31,688 nucleotides of DNA from Candidatus Krumholzibacteriales bacterium (GTDB lineage Bacteria > Krumholzibacteriota > Krumholzibacteriia > Krumholzibacteriales > WJIX01): positions 1 to 31,688 of the forward strand of contig JAWODM010000063.1 in the NCBI GenBank assembly GCA_046483305.1, written 5' to 3'. Made by a program: the position numbers and the translations under genes. Below the pieces are notes generated by a model. It was not told the origin of the DNA. It searched no databases and worked only from the letters and a program-made list of their open reading frames with translations. Of this stretch, positions 1-7,291 are shown piece by piece; position 1 is the first letter of the stretch; the number at the start of each line of letters is the position of its first letter.

Positions 1-267
1 CAGAAACTTGCTCCACCAGAAGGGAATCATCACCAGAGGAAAGTCCATGTATCTGTAGGTCGCCGTTTCGCTGTGACGTGAGATAAGCTCCAGCAGTATG
101 GTGGTCCCGGACCGGGCCAATCCACAAACGTAAACCGGGCGCCTGATCTGAGTATCTTTCAGTCTGTCCCTGAGAGATCGGGTCTCCTTCCCGGCCAGAG
201 AAAACAGAAGATCGCTGTTGTGTTCGGCAACCCATCCCAGAAAATCATGCAGGGGAACAGTGTCCAT
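1..267 (-). CDS. PAPS-dependent sulfotransferase, N-terminal part (runs off the window; absent from the ORF track)
   Basis: Manual translation from ATG at 267 (GGAG RBS at 274-277): MDTVPLHDFLGWVAEHNSDLLFSLAGKETRSLRDRLKDTQIRRPVYVCGLARSGTTILLELISRHSETATYRYMDFPLVMIPFWWSKFL. PVYVCGLARSGTT is the 5'-phosphosulfate-binding loop of sulfotransferases. Confidence 0.88.
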   Translation of the reverse strand, partial: MDTVPLHDFLGWVAEHNSDLLFSLAGKETRSLRDRLKDTQIRRPVYVCGLARSGTTILLELISRHSETATYRYMDFPLVMIPFWWSKFL

Positions 268-282
268 TCCATACTCCAGCCG

Positions 283-987
283 CTACTTTATCCGGAAGAT
301 AATTCTTCCTGAAAGGGCGGTAATAAAAACCAGAAGAAAATAAGGTAACTCCACCCCCTGCCCCCAGCCGGGCATGAATTCCAGATATATCCTCCTGGTA
401 GAATTAAATCTTAATTCATCAACTTTCGCTTCAGCCCTGATGTAACCGGCCGGGTTATCCAGGAGCAAGTTCCACCATCTCTGCTTCGAAACAGAGGGAA
501 CCGGGGGATGAAGCGGATCCCCGCTGTAGATCAGCCGGTCATTACTATCCAATACCTTGACTTTTTCAGGAGTTCTTTTCAACTGCAGCTTCACATCGCT
601 GCCCGGAGCATCCACCGACAGGCTCTCCGGCGCTACATACCCCAGTGTTGTATGAAGATACAGAAGCAGAACAATAACCGGAACCGCCGAAACAAGCGCC
701 GGCCCTATGGCGCTGGAGAAAAACAGCATAGATGTCTTGAGATTCTTTTTCGAGACCGCCATGTACTCCTTGAATTCCAGATCCTGATTACTCATCAGTT
801 CGCCGCGGTACTTTCTAAGCTGTTCCTTGTATTCGGCGATCTTATTCTGAGGGGATAAAAGAGCGTAAATAGCTACTGAGAGAGCTCCGGCAACCGCCCC
901 CCAGATGCATATCCTGGCCAGGGGCGGCAGCAGCTCTGCCAGAAGCCCGTCAATTGCATCGAAAAGGGGAAATATTACGTTAATCAT
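283..987 (-). CDS. Three-TM membrane protein resembling DUF106/EMC3/TMCO1 (Oxa1 superfamily)
   Basis: Order of elements: amphipathic N-helix, TM1 (ICIWGAVAGALSVAIYALL), charged helical hairpin (QNKIAEYKEQLRKYRGELM...), TM2 with PxxxxxxP (GPALVSAVPVIVLLLYL), soluble loop, C-terminal TM (PYFLLVFITALSGRIIFRIK). Overlaps the upstream ORF by 8 nt. Confidence 0.6.
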   Translation of the reverse strand: MINVIFPLFDAIDGLLAELLPPLARICIWGAVAGALSVAIYALLSPQNKIAEYKEQLRKYRGELMSNQDLEFKEYMAVSKKNLKTSMLFFSSAIGPALVSAVPVIVLLLYLHTTLGYVAPESLSVDAPGSDVKLQLKRTPEKVKVLDSNDRLIYSGDPLHPPVPSVSKQRWWNLLLDNPAGYIRAEAKVDELRFNSTRRIYLEFMPGWGQGVELPYFLLVFITALSGRIIFRIK

Positions 988-1258
988 CCGTATCTTCCGT
1001 TACCTTCGATTGCGGCTGCTGCTCTTCCTCCACATCCTCACCCTTCCTTTTTTTCATCCAGCGCCTGAGCGCCCTGAAAGGCCAGAGAAGAATACCGCCA
1101 ACGGTAAAGAATAATGCCGCAAGGACCGCGATTATCGCACCGATAAGGGAAATGCCGGTCCCCGGGCCGACGTAGGCCGCCGCTTCAACAGGTATGACAA
1201 CTAATAAAAAGGCTATCAACGTTGCCGGAAATCCATTTAGAAATATATTTTTATTCAT
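980..1258 (-). CDS. Small membrane protein with signal peptide, YVGPGTG motif, one TM helix and basic tail
   Basis: 92 aa: hydrophobic leader ending VEAAA, then YVGPGTG, TM (ISLIGAIIAVLAALFFTVGGILLW), then RALRRWMKKRK. Overlaps both neighbours by 8 nt. Confidence 0.8.
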   Translation of the reverse strand: MNKNIFLNGFPATLIAFLLVVIPVEAAAYVGPGTGISLIGAIIAVLAALFFTVGGILLWPFRALRRWMKKRKGEDVEEEQQPQSKVTEDTDD

Positions 1259-2600
1259 CTGTCTGCTCCCGTTTATCTAAGAATTCAAGGTATTGGTATC
1301 TGTAGCGCTCCCCTTCCCAGATTTTATCCCCTATGGGCCTGAATTTATCCCACCTGGGAGCTATCCAGCTCCATACTATCCTGCCGTCTTCCGTTATCTC
1401 AAAGATACGGTCGCACCACATCTCGCTTATCAGGATATTTCCGTTCGGCAGATGCTGGTGCTTGCCCCCTATCTCGGAATAGAAGTACTGGTCGTCATTG
1501 CCCCCATAGATGGTCTCAAAGTCCCCTGTATCAGGGTCGATGCGCAATATCCTGCTTCCCCCCACCGGGGCTTCCCGGGAAGGCCTCTCTATCTGATTAT
1601 CAAATACGGTAATGTATCCGTCTTCAGTAAAGTCCGGATCGTGCTGCCAGATCAACGGGTAGGTAAAAGCCCATTTTATATCATATCTATCCCCATCAAG
1701 GACAAAAACTGTATTTATATTCCTGGGCGAGACGGCGATGTCCCCCCTTTCGAACATCCTGAAACTCTCAGCTTTCTCCCCTTCCAGCAGTTCGACGTCA
1801 TTCAGATGAAGAAGGTCCGGGTTCTCCCTTTCAGCGAACAGGAGCCCGTAGTAACCGGATCTGTACATCGATTCCATTACCGATATCTCCATCTTCGGTT
1901 CTCCCTCCGGCGATACCACCAGTATGTAATCCTCCATGTAAGGAGGTTCCAGCCCGACGAAGTCATCCACCGGCTGCTCTTGCCACCTGCGGCAGCAGAC
2001 CCAGAAATCTCCCCGCTTATCCATATAAATGGAATGATGAGTTCTCATGTCCAGTTTCCAGACCAGGTTTGATTCAATGTCTATCTTCATCATCGCAAAG
2101 TTGTCCAGGTTCAGCACCACAGAGCCGTCCGGCAGAAGAACCGTGCCGTGAATATGGGTATTTCCGTGTCCGAACCACTTCCCGGCGCTTCGGTCGGTAT
2201 GGGGTGATGAATCCCATATCTCTGTCATATCGAACCTCCACCGGTGGAGAACTTCCCCATCATTCGAAATCAGATTGAGGCCCATTCTTATATCTCCGTT
2301 ATCCTTCCAGCTCCCCGCTATCAGTGTGGCGCCCGGGAACGCCTCATCCTGAACATGGACAACCACTCCCTCGCCCTGATACCTTCCGTGGTAGGGATGG
2401 CCGGTATTATCCCTGGCATTGGTCTGCAGATTAGTCGGTTTGCGGGTTATCGCGCGGTAAACCATCTCAATAGGCCCATACGGGAAAATATGATATTTAT
2501 GAACCGCTATCCCGTAAAAGAACGCAATTACCAGTGAAGCCGCAATAAAATACACCAGAATAATCCGTTCTCTTATTTTTCCCGGTTTCTTTCCGCTCAT
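1251..2600 (-). CDS. Arylsulfotransferase (ASST)-family beta-propeller protein, N-terminally membrane anchored
   Basis: Motifs THHSI, LLHLNDV, VSPRNINTV, WQHDPDF, QHLPNGNILISE are typical of the ASST family. N-terminal KKPGKIRER followed by a TM segment. Start moved to ATG 2600, behind GGAGGAG. Confidence 0.82.
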   Translation of the reverse strand: MSGKKPGKIRERIILVYFIAASLVIAFFYGIAVHKYHIFPYGPIEMVYRAITRKPTNLQTNARDNTGHPYHGRYQGEGVVVHVQDEAFPGATLIAGSWKDNGDIRMGLNLISNDGEVLHRWRFDMTEIWDSSPHTDRSAGKWFGHGNTHIHGTVLLPDGSVVLNLDNFAMMKIDIESNLVWKLDMRTHHSIYMDKRGDFWVCCRRWQEQPVDDFVGLEPPYMEDYILVVSPEGEPKMEISVMESMYRSGYYGLLFAERENPDLLHLNDVELLEGEKAESFRMFERGDIAVSPRNINTVFVLDGDRYDIKWAFTYPLIWQHDPDFTEDGYITVFDNQIERPSREAPVGGSRILRIDPDTGDFETIYGGNDDQYFYSEIGGKHQHLPNGNILISEMWCDRIFEITEDGRIVWSWIAPRWDKFRPIGDKIWEGERYRYQYLEFLDKREQTDE

Positions 2601-2655
2601 ATTCTCCTCCGGAATCACTGCCGATTATGCCGTCCTCTGCCGGAAAAGGATCAGC

Positions 2656-4530
2656 CTACCCCCTGATTATACCTTTCTCCTTCAGATAAGCGACAATTTT
2701 ATCCGCGCATTCATCCACGTTCATTCTGTCTGTCTCTATTACGATCTCGGGGTTCTCCGGTTCTTCATACGGCGCAGATATCCCGGTGAATTCCCTGATA
2801 ACGCCTTCCCTGGCTTTCTGGTAAAGCCCTTTGGGGTCCCTCTCCTCACAGACTGACAGGGGCGCCTTCACAAATACTTCCACGAAGTCTCCTTCAGAAT
2901 TGAGCGCCCTGGCCCGGTCCCTGTCCTTTTTGTATGGAGATATAAAGGAAGTAACGGCAATAAACCCGGCATCCGCGAACAGGTGGGCAACCTCGCCAGT
3001 TCTTCTTATGTTCTCTTCCCGGTCCTCGGGCGAGAATCCCAGGTCGCCGTTCAGGCCGTGGCGCACATTGTCGCCATCCAGTATATAAACCTGGTGTCCG
3101 CTCTCGAATAGCTTCCGCTGAACAGCGATCGCCACGGTCGATTTGCCGGATCCGGAAAGGCCGGTAAGCCAGACAACCACTCCGCGGTGCCCGTTTCTTT
3201 TTTCCCGGTCTCTCTTCTGTATTCCCGTGTCGTGCCAGGTGACATTTGAGCTTTTCTGCGCTCCCTCTTCACCCCGCGCGGCCGCATAGAATGCGGTAAG
3301 GATATCGGCTACCGGCTTCCGCATTATTCTCTGATCTACCGGCTCGCCTTCCTGAAGTTTTCTCCTGACCTCTTTCCCCGAAATGAACAAAGGTTCATAA
3401 CCGAGAGTCTTGAATTCCTTTATCAGGCCCACCCTCTTTATCTCCTTGAAATATGCGGCAAAGCCCACCTTGGCGGGAAGAATCATCAACTCTCCCTTAA
3501 GGTTGTCGAATTTTTCATGGGCGTCGAAATCACCCCATATCGGACTGCTGTCGTCGAAAGGGGCGTCGGCGTGCTTTCTGCCGATAACTATATCGGTAAA
3601 ACCATAGTTCTGACGGTAGATGGCATGCATTACCGCTTCCTTGGGGCCGGCGTAGAACATCTTCATATCCAGCCCGATCATTACCAGATGTTCAGCAAAA
3701 TCGTAACCTCTGCTCTTCCATAGCTCCTGGTCCCTGTCACCATCTCCGAAAACCCCGGCCTTCAGCAGAGCTTCATAGGTATGCATTCGAACGTCAGCGG
3801 GTACGTCGTCTGATTTGGTCGCTCCCACCAGGGGGTTGAGAACGGCGCCGGTATAATACCCCTCCCGGGTCAGCTTCTCCACGGCGTACAGCAGGGCGTA
3901 TTCGTGAGCCCGGTGAAGAGCGTTCCTGGTCTGGAACGCCACCACCCTTTCCCAACCCATTTCGTCGAAGAGATTCCTGGCCTCCCGCGGAGAAATCATG
4001 TACCGGGCGAATTGAGGATCATGCTCCTGGGGCAGAGCCCATATTTTTCCCCCCAGAAGGAAATCCCGCGGGTCATCGTTGAAAATCCTGGCCCCGGGAT
4101 GGTCGTTCCTGTCGGTCCCGTACACAGACTCATTGTAACGCTTCTTGTCGAAGGGGAATATATCGGATATCTCCAGGGTTCCGATTACCACTCCGTCAGT
4201 CCTTTTGACCAGTACAGTCTCCCCGGCCTCGAAACTCTCCGCCTCATCTCTGGATACCGGAAATGAGACAGGTATTGTCCAGGCGTATTCACTGCCCTCC
4301 GATATTACAACCTCGTCATCCAGCACCCGGTTGAAATTCTCCGAATCCATGGGCCCTTCCAGGGGGGACAGAGTCCCATCCGCAATCCTGTGAAATACGG
4401 AGAGGTCCGCATCGCTTATCATGTACGATTTGTGTTTCCTGTCCAGTTCGAGCTTCTCCCTGGCTATTTCGGGCAGAATCCTGTTGATCAGTCCTTTTCC
4501 ACCGTGAGGTTTCAGTGAAGGTGAATTCAT
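2656..4530 (-). CDS. sat: Bifunctional sulfate adenylyltransferase / adenylyl-sulfate kinase (Sat-CysC fusion, PAPS synthase)
   Basis: Sat motifs PHGG, FQTRNALHRAHE, YAGPKEAVMHA, GRKHAD. C-terminal APS kinase motifs NVTWH, WLTGLSGSGKST, LDGDNVRHGL, DREENIRR, RDPKGLY, FTGISAPYE. ATG at 4530 behind AGGAG. Confidence 0.95.
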   Translation of the reverse strand: MNSPSLKPHGGKGLINRILPEIAREKLELDRKHKSYMISDADLSVFHRIADGTLSPLEGPMDSENFNRVLDDEVVISEGSEYAWTIPVSFPVSRDEAESFEAGETVLVKRTDGVVIGTLEISDIFPFDKKRYNESVYGTDRNDHPGARIFNDDPRDFLLGGKIWALPQEHDPQFARYMISPREARNLFDEMGWERVVAFQTRNALHRAHEYALLYAVEKLTREGYYTGAVLNPLVGATKSDDVPADVRMHTYEALLKAGVFGDGDRDQELWKSRGYDFAEHLVMIGLDMKMFYAGPKEAVMHAIYRQNYGFTDIVIGRKHADAPFDDSSPIWGDFDAHEKFDNLKGELMILPAKVGFAAYFKEIKRVGLIKEFKTLGYEPLFISGKEVRRKLQEGEPVDQRIMRKPVADILTAFYAAARGEEGAQKSSNVTWHDTGIQKRDREKRNGHRGVVVWLTGLSGSGKSTVAIAVQRKLFESGHQVYILDGDNVRHGLNGDLGFSPEDREENIRRTGEVAHLFADAGFIAVTSFISPYKKDRDRARALNSEGDFVEVFVKAPLSVCEERDPKGLYQKAREGVIREFTGISAPYEEPENPEIVIETDRMNVDECADKIVAYLKEKGIIRG

Positions 4531-4539
4531 ATACACTCC

Positions 4540-5259
4540 TTACATGAACTTCCTGAGGTAACCATTAACTCTCTCAGCCGCTTTTTCTATGCCCAGTTCG
4601 CTTACATCAAGAACCAGGTCGGGGCTTTGCGGATCTTCATATTCAACATCCACCCCGGCCAGGTTCTTCACCTCTCCCCTTCTGGCCCTGCTGTAGAGAT
4701 TATTGTAGTCGATCTTCTCGCAGTATTCCAGGGGGGTAGAGAGGTGAATCTCGATAAAATTGTCGCAGAGCGAACGAACGAATTCTCTGGATTCGCCAAA
4801 GGGCGAAATAAATGAAGCCACTACGAAAACTCCGTTTTGTTCAAGGCGGCTGGCCAGAAGCCCCACTCTCTCTATATGGCGTTTGACTTCATTCCTTGAA
4901 AAACCAGTCCTGGGGAATATATCCCTGATTGTCTCACCGTCGAGATGGTCGGTGTTAAAATTCCTGCTCCTGAGGTCCCGGGCCACAATCTTTGCCACTT
5001 CGGTCTTTCCGGAACCGGAGAGCCCTGTGATCCAGACTACAAAAGGTTCAATATGCTTTCTTCCCCACTTTATCCTGTTCCAGCCTCTTTCGTGGAAGAA
5101 ATAGATGATCATCTTGATTATGACTTCCAGGCCTCCCACAGTCAGGGCGGTGTCTATCTGTCCGGTAAATATCCAGACCAGGCTGAAGGTGGTGAGGGTT
5201 GCCAGGAATCTCCAGGATACTGTTTTCAGTACTGATCTGAGGTTGGTTTCCTTATACAT
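4540..5259 (-). CDS. cysC: DUF2061-like membrane domain fused to an adenylyl-sulfate kinase-like domain
   Basis: N-terminal RSVLKTVSWRFLATLTT...YFFHERGWNRIKWG is DUF2061-like. It is followed by P-loop WITGLSGSGKT, LDGETIR, SFISPF and YEDPQSPDL. Confidence 0.85.
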   Translation of the reverse strand: MYKETNLRSVLKTVSWRFLATLTTFSLVWIFTGQIDTALTVGGLEVIIKMIIYFFHERGWNRIKWGRKHIEPFVVWITGLSGSGKTEVAKIVARDLRSRNFNTDHLDGETIRDIFPRTGFSRNEVKRHIERVGLLASRLEQNGVFVVASFISPFGESREFVRSLCDNFIEIHLSTPLEYCEKIDYNNLYSRARRGEVKNLAGVDVEYEDPQSPDLVLDVSELGIEKAAERVNGYLRKFM

Positions 5260-5295
5260 AATCTCTTTTCCAGGCGGTGCTTGTCTGTTAAATTC

Positions 5296-6060
5296 TCAGC
5301 TGCTTCCGTTCAGGGATGTAACCAGGAAGGAACTGTTCTTCAAAACCTTCTTATTATAGTTCAGCCCGGTGACAGAAGCCCCGGCACGCCCGGCTATGGC
5401 ATGCCCCGCCCCGGTGTCCCACTCCCAGGTGGGCCCGTGGCGGTAATAAAGATGCGCCTTTCCTTCGGCCACCATGCAGAACTTCAGAGAACTTCCCACC
5501 GATATCGATTCGGTCACACCCAGATCCGCCAGCTTCCCCCGTTCATCCTCCGAGGAGTGAGAACGGCTGGTAACCGCCGTAATACCTTCTTCCGCATCCC
5601 TGTTCACCTCTATCTTCTGTGGCTCTTCTCCCCTCTTCACTTTAAAGGCGCCTCCCTGCTGGCCGGTATAGTAACAGGTATTAAGAACGGGTGCAAATAT
5701 CACACCGATGACGGGCCGGTTATCAGCTATCAGGGATATATTCACCGTAAATTCGCCATTTCTGCTTATGAACTCCCTGGTCCCATCCAGCGGGTCCACC
5801 AGCCAGAACTGATCCCAATCCCTTCTTTCCCGATAGGGTATCTCCTTACCCTCTTCTGAAAGAAGGGGAATCCCGGGGTAGGCCTCCTTCAGCCTCTCCT
5901 TGATAATCACGTGCGATTCACGGTCCGCCCGGGTAAGGGGGCTCTCGTCCTCCTTGAATTCCAACCCTAAGTCCCCGGTATTATAGATCCGGGTTATCGC
6001 CTCCCCGGCTTCAATGCTTATACCGATCAGGTCCTGAATTTTAATATCCTGAATTTTCAT
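5296..6060 (-). CDS. cysQ: 3'(2'),5'-bisphosphate nucleotidase CysQ
   Basis: KEDESPLTRAD, SEEG, WLVDPLDGTREF, GEFTVNI, SRSH, GSSLKFC, WEWDTGAGHA. Start probably ATG 6060 (track gives 6075). Confidence 0.95.
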   Translation of the reverse strand: MKIQDIKIQDLIGISIEAGEAITRIYNTGDLGLEFKEDESPLTRADRESHVIIKERLKEAYPGIPLLSEEGKEIPYRERRDWDQFWLVDPLDGTREFISRNGEFTVNISLIADNRPVIGVIFAPVLNTCYYTGQQGGAFKVKRGEEPQKIEVNRDAEEGITAVTSRSHSSEDERGKLADLGVTESISVGSSLKFCMVAEGKAHLYYRHGPTWEWDTGAGHAIAGRAGASVTGLNYNKKVLKNSSFLVTSLNGSS

Positions 6061-6115
6061 GAATTCACAATCCAATCACTGAATACAGGTATCTTCCCGG
6101 AGAAGTATAGGGCTA

Positions 6116-6143
6116 AATATAATGTAATTGATCATTTTTTCAA
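6116..6143 (-). promoter_or_regulatory. Putative sigma70 promoter for the cysQ-cysC-sat-ASST operon
   Basis: Minus strand TTGAAA (6143-6138), 16-nt spacer, TATATT (6121-6116), in an AT-rich gap. Confidence 0.4.
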
Positions 6144-6182
6144 CAGATAATTACCGGCAGCCGTACCCGGCCGGCGCCACCG

Positions 6183-7049
6183 TTAATCCAGGTATCCGTA
6201 TAGCTCAAGGTGATCCCGCAGCAGTTCAGAGAGAACGCGTTGCTGGTCCGGGGTAAGCTGCTGCCGCCACTTGAAATTCCTGTTCTCAAGGGGGAGGAAA
6301 GACTTTATCTCCGATTCGAACCTTTCCGTAAAGGAAAAGCCGCAGAAATCAGCTGTTTCGCGGAATTTCCCGGCCGGGTCGCGGCAGAGGTCCTCGTACC
6401 TCACCTCCAGGTAGTCAGACTGACCCAGTCCGGCGGAAGCCTCCCGGAAACTGTCCATCAGGATTTTCCATTCGATTCCGGCAAGAGCCGCGAAAGACCT
6501 GTTGTAACTTTCCCACTCCTGCCTGTACTTCCCGGGCAGCGGCCCGAAACCCCATTTCTCCGGCCCCTTCCATCCCTGCCACCAGCCGATATTAAGGAGC
6601 GAATTCGCCACCGCTCTGCCATCCCTGATGATATGAATAAACCTGGCGTCAGGGAAAATCTCCCGGAAGTAACCTGTCCTGGGCCACCCGGAAAGCTTTA
6701 TCAGCAGCCGGTTCCTCCTGCCGGTCAGAAACCGGCTCAGCAGCTCTCTCAAACGCTCCTTCATGGAAGGGGTTACATCTTCAGCCACCAGGTCGCGGCA
6801 TACGCCTGAGATTCCATACATATCCCAGAAGTTCCAGCACTCCGAGGGAAGGACCTTTCTGGCGGCGGGCGCCAGGGCCGGTATGTCCAGAGCGCGCATC
6901 AGCCAGCTGTTCAGATATGGCCTCTGAGGGTACTTTTCCAGAAGGGCCGAGAGAAACGCGGCCTCCGGATGGCGGACGAACCGCCTGTGAAATGCGGTGG
7001 ACCCGCACCTTCCGGTGCCAACTATAAATACAGGTTTAATAATCTCCAT
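6183..7049 (-). CDS. PAPS-dependent sulfotransferase (Sulfotransfer_3-like)
   Basis: 5'PSB loop KPVFIVGTGRCGST, 3'PB motif HIIRDGRAVANS, VRYEDL. No signal peptide. Confidence 0.92.
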   Translation of the reverse strand: MEIIKPVFIVGTGRCGSTAFHRRFVRHPEAAFLSALLEKYPQRPYLNSWLMRALDIPALAPAARKVLPSECWNFWDMYGISGVCRDLVAEDVTPSMKERLRELLSRFLTGRRNRLLIKLSGWPRTGYFREIFPDARFIHIIRDGRAVANSLLNIGWWQGWKGPEKWGFGPLPGKYRQEWESYNRSFAALAGIEWKILMDSFREASAGLGQSDYLEVRYEDLCRDPAGKFRETADFCGFSFTERFESEIKSFLPLENRNFKWRQQLTPDQQRVLSELLRDHLELYGYLD

Positions 7050-7291
7050 GCTGCTTCCTTACAATACCTAAAACCAGGCATGATTATAAATATTATATAT
7101 TGCTACAACAAGCTTTTTACCGGCAGGGACACTCAAATATTAATTCAGCGTAATCTTTTCGGGGAGAATATATTATCATCTATTGATAGTAGAACTGTAT
7201 GAATATATAATGCTGCCAAAGGGTAGCGGCATCTGAAACCTGCTCGCCCGGCTGGACTAACATTACTTTAATTGCAAACAGGGGAGGTAAC

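Noticed and set aside
2656..6060. Reading sat/cysC/cysQ as assimilatory or dissimilatory sulfate reduction
   Set aside because: No cysH, cysIJ, aprAB or dsr genes are in the window, and the neighbours are sulfotransferases.
7211..7233. Hairpin ATGCTGC...GCGGCAT in the leader of the barrel gene
   Set aside because: It is a single 7-bp stem with no riboswitch consensus.
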